Below, in pieces: positions 14,175 through 23,288 of a stretch of 64,000 bases of DNA (position 1 is the first letter of the stretch; the number at the start of each line of letters is the position of its first letter). The translations under genes were made by a program, and so were the position numbers. The notes beneath the pieces were generated by a model. That model ran no database searches and was not told the origin of the DNA. It worked only from the letters and a program-made list of their open reading frames with translations. Source of the DNA: Phycisphaerae bacterium. Its GTDB lineage: Bacteria; Planctomycetota; Phycisphaerae; SM23-33. The stretch covers positions 2,965 to 66,964 of the forward strand of contig JAWLCQ010000006.1 of the NCBI GenBank assembly GCA_041687095.1, written 5' to 3'.

Positions 14175-16949
14175 TCAGCCTCGCGTGCGGAGGCGGAGCG
14201 TTTGGGGCACGAGCACTTCGATGCGGGTCTGCCCCCTCCGGGAGCGGACGCGGAAGGAGGCCCCGATGGTCTCGGCCCGCTGGCGCATGGTGTGCATGCC
14301 CATGCCCTCGTGAGCGGCCTGCGGGTCGAACCCGCTCCCGTCGTCCACGACGGCGTAGACGAGGGCTCCGTGCCGGCGGCGAATGCGGATGTCGATGCCC
14401 CCGCCCCCCCCGTGCCGCAGGGCGTTGCTCACCGCCTCTTGCACGATGCGGTACACGGCGATTTCAACCTCGCCCGCGAAGCGCACATCCACGAGCGTCT
14501 GCGGGCAGTGCACCGTGACCGCCACGTGCTGCGGGCAGTCCCGCGCCAGTTGCCGCAGGGCCGGGACCAGCCCCAGGGTCTCCAGGGTCGGGGGGTACAG
14601 CCCGTGGCAGACGGCCCGGATGTCGCGGGCGAGCGCCCCCGCCTGGCTGCCCAGCCGCTTGAGCCCCCCCGCCAGGTCGGGGCACGCGGGGAGTACGGCG
14701 GCGGCGAGGGCGTCGGCGTCGAGGCGGATGGCGACGGCCTGCTGGCCGATGGAATCGTGCAGGTCGCGGGCCAGGCGGCGGCGCTCGTGCTCGCGAGCCC
14801 GCACCAGTTCCCGGTGGGCCTTGCGGAGTTCGCGCTCGGCGAGGCGGCGCTCGGTGATGTCTCGGACGAACGACACCACTCCGCTCGTCTGCCCGGCGGC
14901 GTCGCGCAGGGGCGAGAACGTCGCCTCGAACCAGAACGACCCGCGGGGCATGTCGTGGGAGTACTGGAACCGGACCGTCCGCCCGGTTCGCAGGACCTCC
15001 TCCAGGCGTTGCACGCGTTCCTTGGCGACGGGTTCGGAGAAGATCTCGTGGGGCGTGCGACCGATCAGGCTCGAGGGATTCAGCCCGTACTTCGCCTCCA
15101 CGCCCGGGGGGTAGAAGATCGCTGTCAGACGCCCGGAAGGATCGGTCACGCTCACTACCGTCTCATGCAGCGAGCCCAGGATCGCCCGCAGGCGTTCCTC
15201 GCTCCTCGCCAGGGCCTCCTCCGCCTCCTTGCGCTCCGTGATGTCCACGATGGTCCCGATGAGGCAGCGGGGGCGGTTCTGCGCGTCGAGGACGGCCTGC
15301 CCCGTGCCCTGGATCCAGAGGATGCGCCCGTCGCGGCGGCGGCAGCGCAACTGGAAGAACATCGGGCGGTTCTCGGCAATGCCCGCCGCCACCTCCTCCC
15401 TGGCCGCGGGCACATCCTCCGGGAGGACCAGGTCCCAGAACACCCTGCGCCCTTCGAGGAAGTCCGCCCGGGGGTATCCGAACATGGCCTCGACGTTGTC
15501 GCTGAGGTACAGGGGAACGTGGGGCGGTTCGATGTCGTTCATCCACACCATCCCGGGGATGGTCTCCACCATGGTGCGAAACCGGTTCTCGCTCTCCCGC
15601 AGCGACGCCTCCGTCCGAGCGCGTTGGGCAACTTCCTGGCGGAGGGCGAGATTCGCCGCCTCCAGCCTCGCCGTCCGCTCCTCCACCAGGTCCTGCAGAT
15701 GGTTGCGGAAGGACTCCAGTTCCCGCTGGCTGCGGACCCGCTCGGTGACGTCGCGCATCAGCAGCATCCCGCACCGCTTGCCACCGATCTCGATCCTCCC
15801 CGCCGAGACCTCCGTGTCGACCGTCGTCCCGTCGCGCCCCTGGATGCACCAGTCGTAGCACTGGTGATGCCCTTGGAGCACGGCGTCCCGGATGCGACGG
15901 CCTTTCTCCCGCGAGTCGCTCCCGTCGCGCTGCACCGGGGGACTGAACTCCCAGGGCGTCCGGCCCATCACCTCGTGGGGGGAGCGGCATCCCAGCAGCC
16001 GGACCGCCATCTCATTGCAGTCCGAGATGGTGTCCCCGTCGAGGATGAAGATCGCGTCGTTGGCGTTCTCGAACAGGGCCCGGTAGCGCGCTTCGGAGTC
16101 GCGGAGGGCCTGCTCGGCGAGGTGGCGGTCGGTGACGTCGCGGGTGACGACGCAGTACTTCCGTTCGCCCGCGATGTCCACGTGCCGGTGGCTGACGAGG
16201 AGGGTCTTCCTTCCCCCGTCGTGGGTAAGGACGTCCGTCTCGTACGGGGTCCCGTGGCCGGACTGCACCTCCTCCCACCTCGCCAGAAGGAACTCGTGGT
16301 GTTCCGGGGGAATGACGTTCAGGAAGTGCGTCCCGATGAGTTCCTCGCGGGCCCAACCCACCTGGCGAAGGAGCCCGTCGTTGACGAACTCGAAGCATCC
16401 GTCGGCGTCGACGACGAAGATCCCGTCCTGCGACGTGCGGATGATCGTGTCGAGGTACTCGCGGGTCACGCGGACCTGCTGCTCGGTCTGCTCGCGGCGG
16501 GTGTAGTGGTTCTCCTCGCGGGCGGTGATGTCCTCCAGCATGCCCTCGATCCAGCGAACGCCCCCGCGCGCGTCGCGCTCCAGGCGGGCGGCGAGGGCGA
16601 CCCAGAGCACCGACCCGTCCTTCCGCCGCTGGCGGAGGCGGACATCGTGCACCACGCCCCGGCGGCGGAGATCCGCCAGCATGCGCTGCCGATCCACCGG
16701 TGCGACGTAGAGGCCCTCGACCCGGACCGAGAGCAACTCCTCCTGCGAATCGTACCCCAGCATCCGCACCAGGACGTCGTTGACCTGGAGGAACCGTCCG
16801 TCCTCGGTCGTGCGGAACAGCCCGAACCCCAGCCCCTCGACGAACCGCAGGAGTTGCTCCGGACCGGCCGGGGGTCCGTCCGCCCCACCGATGGGCACGG
16901 AGGCGGCGTGTCCGTTGTCCGCTCCGGCCTGTGAGTCGTGGTCCTGCAT
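14175..16949 (-). CDS. Multi-PAS sensor histidine kinase (HisKA_3/DesK-NarX type with HATPase_c), orphan
   Basis: It has several PAS-like modules and coiled coils, an H-box 'ERRRLARDLHDSIGQQ' and ATPase motifs ('EAVSNALRHGG...DDGSGFD'). The start is taken at the ATG at 16949 (MQDHDSQ...). No cognate response regulator is adjacent. The antisense ORF 13968-16934 is spurious. Confidence 0.85.
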   Translation of the reverse strand: MQDHDSQAGADNGHAASVPIGGADGPPAGPEQLLRFVEGLGFGLFRTTEDGRFLQVNDVLVRMLGYDSQEELLSVRVEGLYVAPVDRQRMLADLRRRGVVHDVRLRQRRKDGSVLWVALAARLERDARGGVRWIEGMLEDITAREENHYTRREQTEQQVRVTREYLDTIIRTSQDGIFVVDADGCFEFVNDGLLRQVGWAREELIGTHFLNVIPPEHHEFLLARWEEVQSGHGTPYETDVLTHDGGRKTLLVSHRHVDIAGERKYCVVTRDVTDRHLAEQALRDSEARYRALFENANDAIFILDGDTISDCNEMAVRLLGCRSPHEVMGRTPWEFSPPVQRDGSDSREKGRRIRDAVLQGHHQCYDWCIQGRDGTTVDTEVSAGRIEIGGKRCGMLLMRDVTERVRSQRELESFRNHLQDLVEERTARLEAANLALRQEVAQRARTEASLRESENRFRTMVETIPGMVWMNDIEPPHVPLYLSDNVEAMFGYPRADFLEGRRVFWDLVLPEDVPAAREEVAAGIAENRPMFFQLRCRRRDGRILWIQGTGQAVLDAQNRPRCLIGTIVDITERKEAEEALARSEERLRAILGSLHETVVSVTDPSGRLTAIFYPPGVEAKYGLNPSSLIGRTPHEIFSEPVAKERVQRLEEVLRTGRTVRFQYSHDMPRGSFWFEATFSPLRDAAGQTSGVVSFVRDITERRLAERELRKAHRELVRAREHERRRLARDLHDSIGQQAVAIRLDADALAAAVLPACPDLAGGLKRLGSQAGALARDIRAVCHGLYPPTLETLGLVPALRQLARDCPQHVAVTVHCPQTLVDVRFAGEVEIAVYRIVQEAVSNALRHGGGGGIDIRIRRRHGALVYAVVDDGSGFDPQAAHEGMGMHTMRQRAETIGASFRVRSRRGQTRIEVLVPQTLRLRTRG

Positions 16950-17096
16950 CGTCACTCCGTACGGTTCCGTCCCCAAGCAGGGACGCGAAGGATCCCATGA
17001 TACCACTCCCCCCCCGAACGCGGAATGCGTCTCGGCAGGTCGGTTGTGTCAGCAGATCGTGCCAGACGGCCGCTCCTGCGGTACACTGGAACCACC

Positions 17097-17639
17097 ATGG
17101 CTTACGAGCGCCCCTATCTTCATCTCGACGACGACGCCCTGCTCGCCCAGTGCGACGTGCACCTCTACCGTTCCTCCGGCCCGGGCGGGCAGCACCGGAA
17201 CAAGGTCAGTTCGGCCGTGCGGTACCGCCACACCCCCACGGGCATCTCCGCCCACGCCGACGAGTCCCGCTCGCAGCACGATAACCGCCGCCAAGCCCTC
17301 ATCCGCCTGCGGATGAACCTGGCGCTGCAGTTCCGCGTGGCGTTCGATCCGGGGACCGACGAGTTGCCCCCCGTCGCCCGCGAGTGCCTCATCACGCTCC
17401 GCAAGGGCCCCCTGCAGGGGGCGCGGCGGCTGGACGTGGGGCGAAAGGACCACCGCTTCTGGCCGGTGGCGGCGTTCGTGCTGGACCTGCTGGAGGCCCT
17501 CGACGCCCGCCTCGCCGACGCGGCCGAGCACCTCGGCGTCACCACCAGCAACCTCGTGTCCTTCCTGAAGACCGACCGCCACCTCTTCGCCGCCACCCAG
17601 CAGATGCGCAAGACCCACGGGCAGAAACCCCTGACGTGA
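17097..17639 (+). CDS. Peptidyl-tRNA hydrolase, RF-1/GGQ-domain protein (ArfB/YaeJ-like) with a non-canonical C-terminal extension
   Basis: The GGQ motif sits in 'SGPGGQHRNKVSSAV'. It starts at the ATG at 17097. It is about 180 aa against ~140 aa for classical ArfB, and lacks the typical short basic tail. Confidence 0.75.
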   Translation: MAYERPYLHLDDDALLAQCDVHLYRSSGPGGQHRNKVSSAVRYRHTPTGISAHADESRSQHDNRRQALIRLRMNLALQFRVAFDPGTDELPPVARECLITLRKGPLQGARRLDVGRKDHRFWPVAAFVLDLLEALDARLADAAEHLGVTTSNLVSFLKTDRHLFAATQQMRKTHGQKPLT

Positions 17640-17759
17640 GCAGCCCGATCTGGGAATACAGAGAAAAATAGGACGCGCCCGCACGCAGGCGGGTAGACGG
17701 ACGGTTCGTTTCGCGATAGCATCCGTAACCGGACTCCTCAATGCCGCTGGAGGAAGCGA

Positions 17760-17885
17760 TTGGCGCCCCAACGTCCCAACGTCTTGTTCATCCTCACCGA
17801 CCAGCAACGCTGGGATACCATCGCCGCCGGGGGCGCCCCCTGGATGCGCACCCCCAACTCCCCGGGGAAGGCGGCGGCCTACTAA
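17760..17885 (+). pseudogene. Sulfatase N-terminal remnant (truncated)
   Basis: The frame translates to 'LAPQRPNVLFILTDQQRWDTIAAGGAPWMRTPNSPGKAAAY*'. It matches the arylsulfatase N-terminal consensus (PNxLFILTDQQRxDT...TPNLDRLA). There is no signal peptide upstream, and a stop follows after ~41 codons. Confidence 0.45.
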
Positions 17886-17944
17886 TGCCCGGGCGTGGCC
17901 GGATCGTCGCGGGTCCCCGGCGAGTCCTCGCACCCGCTGGAGGC

Positions 17945-18137
17945 GGTCGAAATCCGAAACCCGCAATCCCAAACTCGAAACAAGCCCGAAGCACGAAACT
18001 CGAAATCCCAAACAGCCCCCCGTTGTGCAGGGCTCCCCGGCACTCCGAGGCACGCACGGTGCGCAGCCCTTTGGGATTTCGTATCTTCGGTTTTGAATTT
18101 GTTTCGGATTTCGGGCTTCGCATTTCGGATTTCAAGA
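17945..18137. repeat. Lower-GC imperfect palindrome (~190 bp) built from GAAATCCGAAA / CGAAATCCCAAA motif copies in both orientations
   Basis: The left arm is 17945-18013 and the right arm 18069-18137; the ends match as reverse complements (gaaatccgaaa...cgaaatcccaaa). It lies ~370 bp upstream of pilB-1. A related motif occurs at ~6300. Confidence 0.5.
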
Positions 18138-18500
18138 GGTGGGGGCGCTGCGGCGGGCGACCGATCCTGCCCCGCGCAGTGCCCCACCATCTTCCGGCCA
18201 CTCCCCTAATGCCCCCCGGATGCAATCGGTCCTTGATCCTGACGGCCGAGGTGCGATACACTCCCTCATGGATTCCTGCCGCTGAGGCAGCCGTGCCCCC
18301 AGGCTCCGGCCTGGCGATACATCGCCCTCATATATCCGTCATCCCGCCTCAGCGCAGCGAATCGTCACCGAAAGGATTGTCGCGCAACGCCGGATCGGGC
18401 TCCCCCGCGGTGTGCTCTATCGGTCTACCCGAGCGGTGGGCCCTCTCCCCGTTGCGATGGATGTATTTCCATTCCTTCCCGTTTCAGCAGCGAGTGAACC

Positions 18501-20219
18501 ATGGCACAAAAGATTCGAAAACGACTGGGTGAGATCCTGGTGGAGTGGGGCGTCGTGTCCCCGGGCGCGGTGGAGGAGGCCCTGGCGCACGCCCAGGCCG
18601 AGCGGCTGCGGATCGGGGAGGCCCTCATCGCCCTCGAACTCGCGGACGAAGAGGACGTCACGAAGGCCCTGGCGAGCCAGTTCAACATGGAGTACATCGA
18701 CCTCGACCGCAACGTGGTCATCGCCCAGGAGTCGGAGCAGATCCCCATGGATCTGATCCGCCGGCACCTGGTCGTCCCCATGGGGCGGGAGGACGGCAAG
18801 CTCAAGGTGATCATCACCGACCCGCTGGACCTGGAAACCCTGGACATGCTGCGGTTCCGCCTGAACTGCGACCTGGCCCCGGTGCTGGCGTCGCGGACGA
18901 AGCTGCGGAACTACGTCGAGCAGTTCGCCCGCAGCGACGTCAGCATCGACCAGGCGGTCCGGGACGTGTCGACCGACGTCAGCATCGACACGGTCGGGGA
19001 CGAGGACGGCGGGCCGGAGGAAAAGCTCGATGAAAATGCCGCCCCGATTGTCCGTCTGGTTAACATGATCATCACCGAGGCGGTGAACATGCGGGCGTCG
19101 GACATCCACATCGAGCCCATGGCCAACCGCGTCCGCGTCCGCTACCGCGTGGACGGGGTCTGCATGGAGCGCGACAACATCCGCAAGCGCATGCAGGGCC
19201 CGGTCCTCAACCGCTTCAAGATCCTTTCGGGCATGGACCTGGCGGAAAAGCGGATGCCCCTCGACGGCCGCATCAAGATGCGCATCGGCAATGGCGACGT
19301 CGACTTCCGCGTCTCGTCGATCCCCGCCTACCACGGGGAGAGCATCGTCCTGCGTATTCTGCGTCCCGAGAGCGCCAAGCTCGGCGTTCGGGCGCTGGGG
19401 CTGGAGCAGGAAGACTACGACGCCTTCCAGCAGATGATCAAGCGGCCCAACGGCGTGTTCCTGGTTACCGGTCCCACGGGGTCGGGCAAGACGACCACGC
19501 TGTACGCGGCCATCAACGAACTCAACCGGCCCGACCGCAAGATCATCACCGCGGAGGACCCGGTGGAGTACAACTTCACCGGCGTGAACCAGGTTCAGGT
19601 GAACGAGACCATCGAACTCTCCTTCGCCAGGATACTTCGAGCCATGTTGCGCCAGGCGCCTAACGTGATCCTGGTGGGCGAGATTCGCGACAAAGAGGTG
19701 GCTGAAGTGGCCATCCAGGCCGCTCTGACTGGACACTTGGTTTTCAGTACACTCCACACGAACGATGCCCCCTCCGCAATCACCCGTCTGGTCGACATGG
19801 GCGTCAAGCCCTTCCTCGTCGCCAGCAGTATCCAGGCGGTCCTGGCCCAGCGGCTCATCCGCGTAATCTGCAAGGAGTGTCGCCAGGAGGATCCGAACGT
19901 CGATCCGCGCGTCCTGCGGGCCCTGGGGTTCACCGAGGCGGACATCAAGGCCTCAACCTTTTATCGTGGCGCGGGTTGCAGCACGTGCGGCGGGTCGGGA
20001 TACCGTGGGCGGCAGGGCATTTTCGAGATGATGGAGATGGACTCCACCCTCCGCGAGCTGGCCTTCAACCACGCGCCGCTGACGGAGATCCGCAAGGCGG
20101 CCCGGGCCGGGGGCATGCGAAGCCTCCTGGAGGACGGCCGGGCGAAGATCCGCAACGGCGTCACCACGCCGGAAGAGCTGATCCGCGTGACGCAGACCTC
20201 GGACCTGACGGCGGAATAA
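18501..20219 (+). CDS. pilB: Type IV pilus assembly / T2SS ATPase PilB/GspE family (copy 1) with N-terminal MshEN-type domain
   Basis: It has Walker A 'GPTGSGKTT', Asp/His boxes and a tetra-Cys motif (CKEC...CSTCGGSG). The N-terminus has tandem 'RLGEILVEWGVVSPGAVEEAL..Q' and 'RIGEALIALELADEEDVTKALASQ' MshEN-like motifs. Confidence 0.9.
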   Translation: MAQKIRKRLGEILVEWGVVSPGAVEEALAHAQAERLRIGEALIALELADEEDVTKALASQFNMEYIDLDRNVVIAQESEQIPMDLIRRHLVVPMGREDGKLKVIITDPLDLETLDMLRFRLNCDLAPVLASRTKLRNYVEQFARSDVSIDQAVRDVSTDVSIDTVGDEDGGPEEKLDENAAPIVRLVNMIITEAVNMRASDIHIEPMANRVRVRYRVDGVCMERDNIRKRMQGPVLNRFKILSGMDLAEKRMPLDGRIKMRIGNGDVDFRVSSIPAYHGESIVLRILRPESAKLGVRALGLEQEDYDAFQQMIKRPNGVFLVTGPTGSGKTTTLYAAINELNRPDRKIITAEDPVEYNFTGVNQVQVNETIELSFARILRAMLRQAPNVILVGEIRDKEVAEVAIQAALTGHLVFSTLHTNDAPSAITRLVDMGVKPFLVASSIQAVLAQRLIRVICKECRQEDPNVDPRVLRALGFTEADIKASTFYRGAGCSTCGGSGYRGRQGIFEMMEMDSTLRELAFNHAPLTEIRKAARAGGMRSLLEDGRAKIRNGVTTPEELIRVTQTSDLTAE

Positions 20220-20321
20220 CCCCAGAGCCCTTAACAGTCCCAACCGTTTGAAAACAAAATAGTTGTGTGCCTGCCGGACCCCGGGAGCCCTCGCTTTCGG
20301 TGGCCGGGCAGGAGGATCCGG

Positions 20322-20330
20322 TGTGATAAT
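20322..20330 (+). promoter_or_regulatory. Candidate extended -10 element (TGTGATAAT) upstream of pilT in the AT-richer pilB-pilT gap
   Basis: TGnGATAAT lies ~23 bp upstream of the ATG at 20353, and GGGAGAGG is a ribosome-binding site (RBS). No clear -35 is seen. It is speculative in a non-model phylum. Confidence 0.2.
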
Positions 20331-20352
20331 GCACCTGGGAGAGGAAAACTAG

Positions 20353-21483
20353 ATGGCTGCGATTCACATTGACAGATTGCTTGAGACGTGCATCAAGCGG
20401 GGTGCCAGCGACCTGCACCTCCACGTGGGCCGGCGGCCCACGTTGCGGTTGCACGGGCGGCTGCGGCCGTTGGAGACCAAGGTCCTGGAGCCGGAAGACA
20501 CTCTCGCCCTGATGAAGGCCATCACTCCCGAGCGAGCCCAACAGGAAATCCAGGAGCAGGGCGGTACGGATTTTGGGTTCGAGTTCGGCAAGGCCGGCCG
20601 CTTCCGTACCTCCGTGTACAACCAGCGGGGCAACATCTCGCTGGTGATGCGTCTGATCCCCTCCCGCCTCCTGTCCTTCGATGAGATCGGCCTGCCGGAA
20701 ATCGCGCGGGTCGTCTGCCGCCGCCCCCGCGGCATGTTCCTCGTGACGGGCCCGACGGGCTCGGGCAAGACGACGACGCTGGCGACGATGATCGACTACG
20801 TCAACACGGAGTTCGACCGCCACATCATCACCGTCGAAGACCCGATCGAGTACTACCACGATCACAAGAAGTCGATCGTCTCGCAGCGCGAGGTCGGGGT
20901 CGACATCCCCAGCTTCGCCGAGGCCCTCCGCCGCTCGCTCCGTATGGACCCCGACGTGATCCTCGTCGGGGAGCTTCGCGACCTGGAGACGATTGAATCC
21001 GCCCTTCGCGCCGCGGAGACCGGCCACCTGGTGTTCGGGACGCTGCACACCACCAGCGCCCAGGGCACCGTCACGCGTATCGTGGACCAGTTCCCGGTCG
21101 ATCAGCAGGAGCAGATCCGCGTGCAGCTCGCCTCCTCCCTGATCGCCGTGCTCTCCCAGACCCTTCTGCCGCGCGTGGACATCCGAGGCATGACCGCGGC
21201 CTTCGAGTTCCTGTACGTCACCCCTGCCGTCGCGAACCTCGTCCGCGAGAACAAGGTCTTCCGCATCCCGTCGGCCATCCAGACGGGGCGGAAGTTCGGC
21301 ATGCAGTTGCTGGACGAGCACCTGTTCCGCCTGTTCGCCGAGGGCAAGATCTCCGAGGAGGATGCCATCGACCGCAGCCAGCAAGCCGGGGAAATGCAGG
21401 AGAAGATCGAGGCGTTCCGGGCCGGGAAGTACGTTCCCCCCACGGAGCAGGATCAGGGTTCCGACGACCAGGCGGCAGGCTGA
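20353..21483 (+). CDS. pilT: Twitching-motility retraction ATPase PilT/PilU family
   Basis: The N-terminus 'RGASDLHLHVGRRPTLRLHGRL' is PilT-like. It has Walker A 'GPTGSGKTT' and 'ILVGELRD'. RBS GGGAGAGG. Confidence 0.9.
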   Translation: MAAIHIDRLLETCIKRGASDLHLHVGRRPTLRLHGRLRPLETKVLEPEDTLALMKAITPERAQQEIQEQGGTDFGFEFGKAGRFRTSVYNQRGNISLVMRLIPSRLLSFDEIGLPEIARVVCRRPRGMFLVTGPTGSGKTTTLATMIDYVNTEFDRHIITVEDPIEYYHDHKKSIVSQREVGVDIPSFAEALRRSLRMDPDVILVGELRDLETIESALRAAETGHLVFGTLHTTSAQGTVTRIVDQFPVDQQEQIRVQLASSLIAVLSQTLLPRVDIRGMTAAFEFLYVTPAVANLVRENKVFRIPSAIQTGRKFGMQLLDEHLFRLFAEGKISEEDAIDRSQQAGEMQEKIEAFRAGKYVPPTEQDQGSDDQAAG

Positions 21484-21497
21484 GGAGGTAGCGACCC

Positions 21498-23270
21498 ATG
21501 GGAATGACACCGGATATCGCGGAATTCAAAAAGCGGGTGACGATCGACGAACTCCGCGGGCGGCCGCTGGGGCGCGTGCTGCTCAAGCTCGGGTGCGTGA
21601 CGCGGGAGCAGGTCAACGAGGCCCTGGAGATCAAGAAGGACAAGGGCGGCACGATCGGGCAGATCATGGTGGACCTCGGGCACATCTCGGACAAGACCCG
21701 CGCGTTGGCGATGGGATTCCAGTCCGGGATGGAGTACGTGGACCTGAGTTCCATCGACGTGCCCCCCGAGGTCGTGCACCAGATCCCCGCCCAGATGGCC
21801 ACGACGTACCGCATCATCCCGCTGGACTTCGATCAGGAGACCAAGCGGCTGACGGTGGCGTTGGACTCGGCGGAGAACTTCCAGGCGACGGACGACCTGC
21901 AGACGCTGATGGGCTTCCGCGTCACGGCGAAGATCTGCGAGCCCGAGCAGCTCGACTCGGCCGTCCAGAAGTACTACGGGACGGGCGACGAGAAGCTCAG
22001 CGACCTGTTCAACGAGATCGCCGGGGACGATGACTTCGATGCCCTGGAGAACCGCGGGGAGAGCATCGACCTGGACACCATCAAGGAGATGGCGGACTCC
22101 AACCCCGTCCGCCGCCTGGTGAACATGGTGCTCTGGGAGGCCATCCGCAACCGCTCGTCCGACATCCACTTCGAGCCCTTCGAAGACGAGTTCAAGATGC
22201 GCTACCGCATCGACGGGGTGCTGTACGAGATGCTCCCGCCCCCCAAGTCGATCGCCGTCGCCATCGCCTCCCGCATCAAGGTCATGGCCAACCTCGACAT
22301 CGCCGAGCGCCGCCTGCCCCAGGACGGCCGCATCGAGCTGGTCGTCCGCGGGGCCCCGGTGGACCTCCGCGTCTCGGTGCTCCCGACCATGTTCGGGGAG
22401 AGCGTGGTCATGCGTGTGCTCGACCGGTCGAACGTCTCGCTGGACCTCGACCGCATCGGGTTGCGCGAGGACGACCAGCGGATCTTCCGGCAGTTGATCA
22501 AGCGGCCCAACGGGATCGTCATCGTGACGGGCCCGACGGGTTCGGGCAAGACGACGACGCTGTACTCCGCCCTCAACGACCTCAACGACGTCGAGGTGAA
22601 GATCCTCACCAGCGAGGACCCCGTCGAGTACGACATCGACGGGCTCGTCCAGGTGCAGATCAACGACGAAATCGGCCTGACGTTCGCGCGGTGCCTGCGG
22701 CACTTCCTGCGGCAGGACCCGGACGTCATCCTCATCGGGGAGATCCGCGACCTCACGACGGCCGAGATCGCCGTCCAGTCCTCGCTGACGGGCCACCTGG
22801 TGTTCTCCACCCTGCACACCAACGACGCCCCCTCCTCCATCGCGCGTCTGCTGGATCTCGGCCTCGAGCCGTACCTCGTGACGGCGACGCTGGAGGGGAT
22901 CGTCGCCCAGCGCCTGGTGCGAACCATCTGCAGCCGCTGCAAGGAGGAGTTCACGCCCACCGAGGAGATGCTGTACGAACTGGGCCTCACGCCCGACCAG
23001 ATCTCCGGGCGGACCTTCTTCCGCGGGGCCGGGTGCGAGTACTGCCGCAACACGGGCTACAGCGGCCGAATGGCCATCTTCGAGATCATGGTGATCGACG
23101 ACGAGCTGCGAGAGTTGATCATGAAGCGGAGCAGCACGAACCTGCTGCGGCAGGCGGCGAGGAAGCGCGGCATGCGAACGCTGCGAGAGAGCGGGTTGAT
23201 GGCGATCTACGACGGGCAGACCACGATCGAAGAGGTCGTGGGGCAGACCATCGAAGAAGAGATGGAATAA
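21498..23270 (+). CDS. PilB/GspE-family assembly ATPase (copy 2) with N-terminal GSPII/MshEN-like domain
   Basis: It has Walker A 'GPTGSGKTT' and a tetra-Cys motif (CSRC...CEYCRNTG). The N-terminus has 'RPLGRVLLKLGCVTREQVNEALE'. It lies 14 bp after pilT. Confidence 0.9.
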   Translation: MGMTPDIAEFKKRVTIDELRGRPLGRVLLKLGCVTREQVNEALEIKKDKGGTIGQIMVDLGHISDKTRALAMGFQSGMEYVDLSSIDVPPEVVHQIPAQMATTYRIIPLDFDQETKRLTVALDSAENFQATDDLQTLMGFRVTAKICEPEQLDSAVQKYYGTGDEKLSDLFNEIAGDDDFDALENRGESIDLDTIKEMADSNPVRRLVNMVLWEAIRNRSSDIHFEPFEDEFKMRYRIDGVLYEMLPPPKSIAVAIASRIKVMANLDIAERRLPQDGRIELVVRGAPVDLRVSVLPTMFGESVVMRVLDRSNVSLDLDRIGLREDDQRIFRQLIKRPNGIVIVTGPTGSGKTTTLYSALNDLNDVEVKILTSEDPVEYDIDGLVQVQINDEIGLTFARCLRHFLRQDPDVILIGEIRDLTTAEIAVQSSLTGHLVFSTLHTNDAPSSIARLLDLGLEPYLVTATLEGIVAQRLVRTICSRCKEEFTPTEEMLYELGLTPDQISGRTFFRGAGCEYCRNTGYSGRMAIFEIMVIDDELRELIMKRSSTNLLRQAARKRGMRTLRESGLMAIYDGQTTIEEVVGQTIEEEME

Positions 23271-23288
23271 GCCTACAGGAGTACTGCA

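Noticed and set aside
17741-18532. 263-aa ORF spanning the ArfB-pilB intergenic region
   Set aside because: It translates as Arg/Pro/Gly-rich nonsense and runs across the palindromic motif array, where both strands give ORFs. The only meaningful coding signal is the sulfatase remnant in a different frame.
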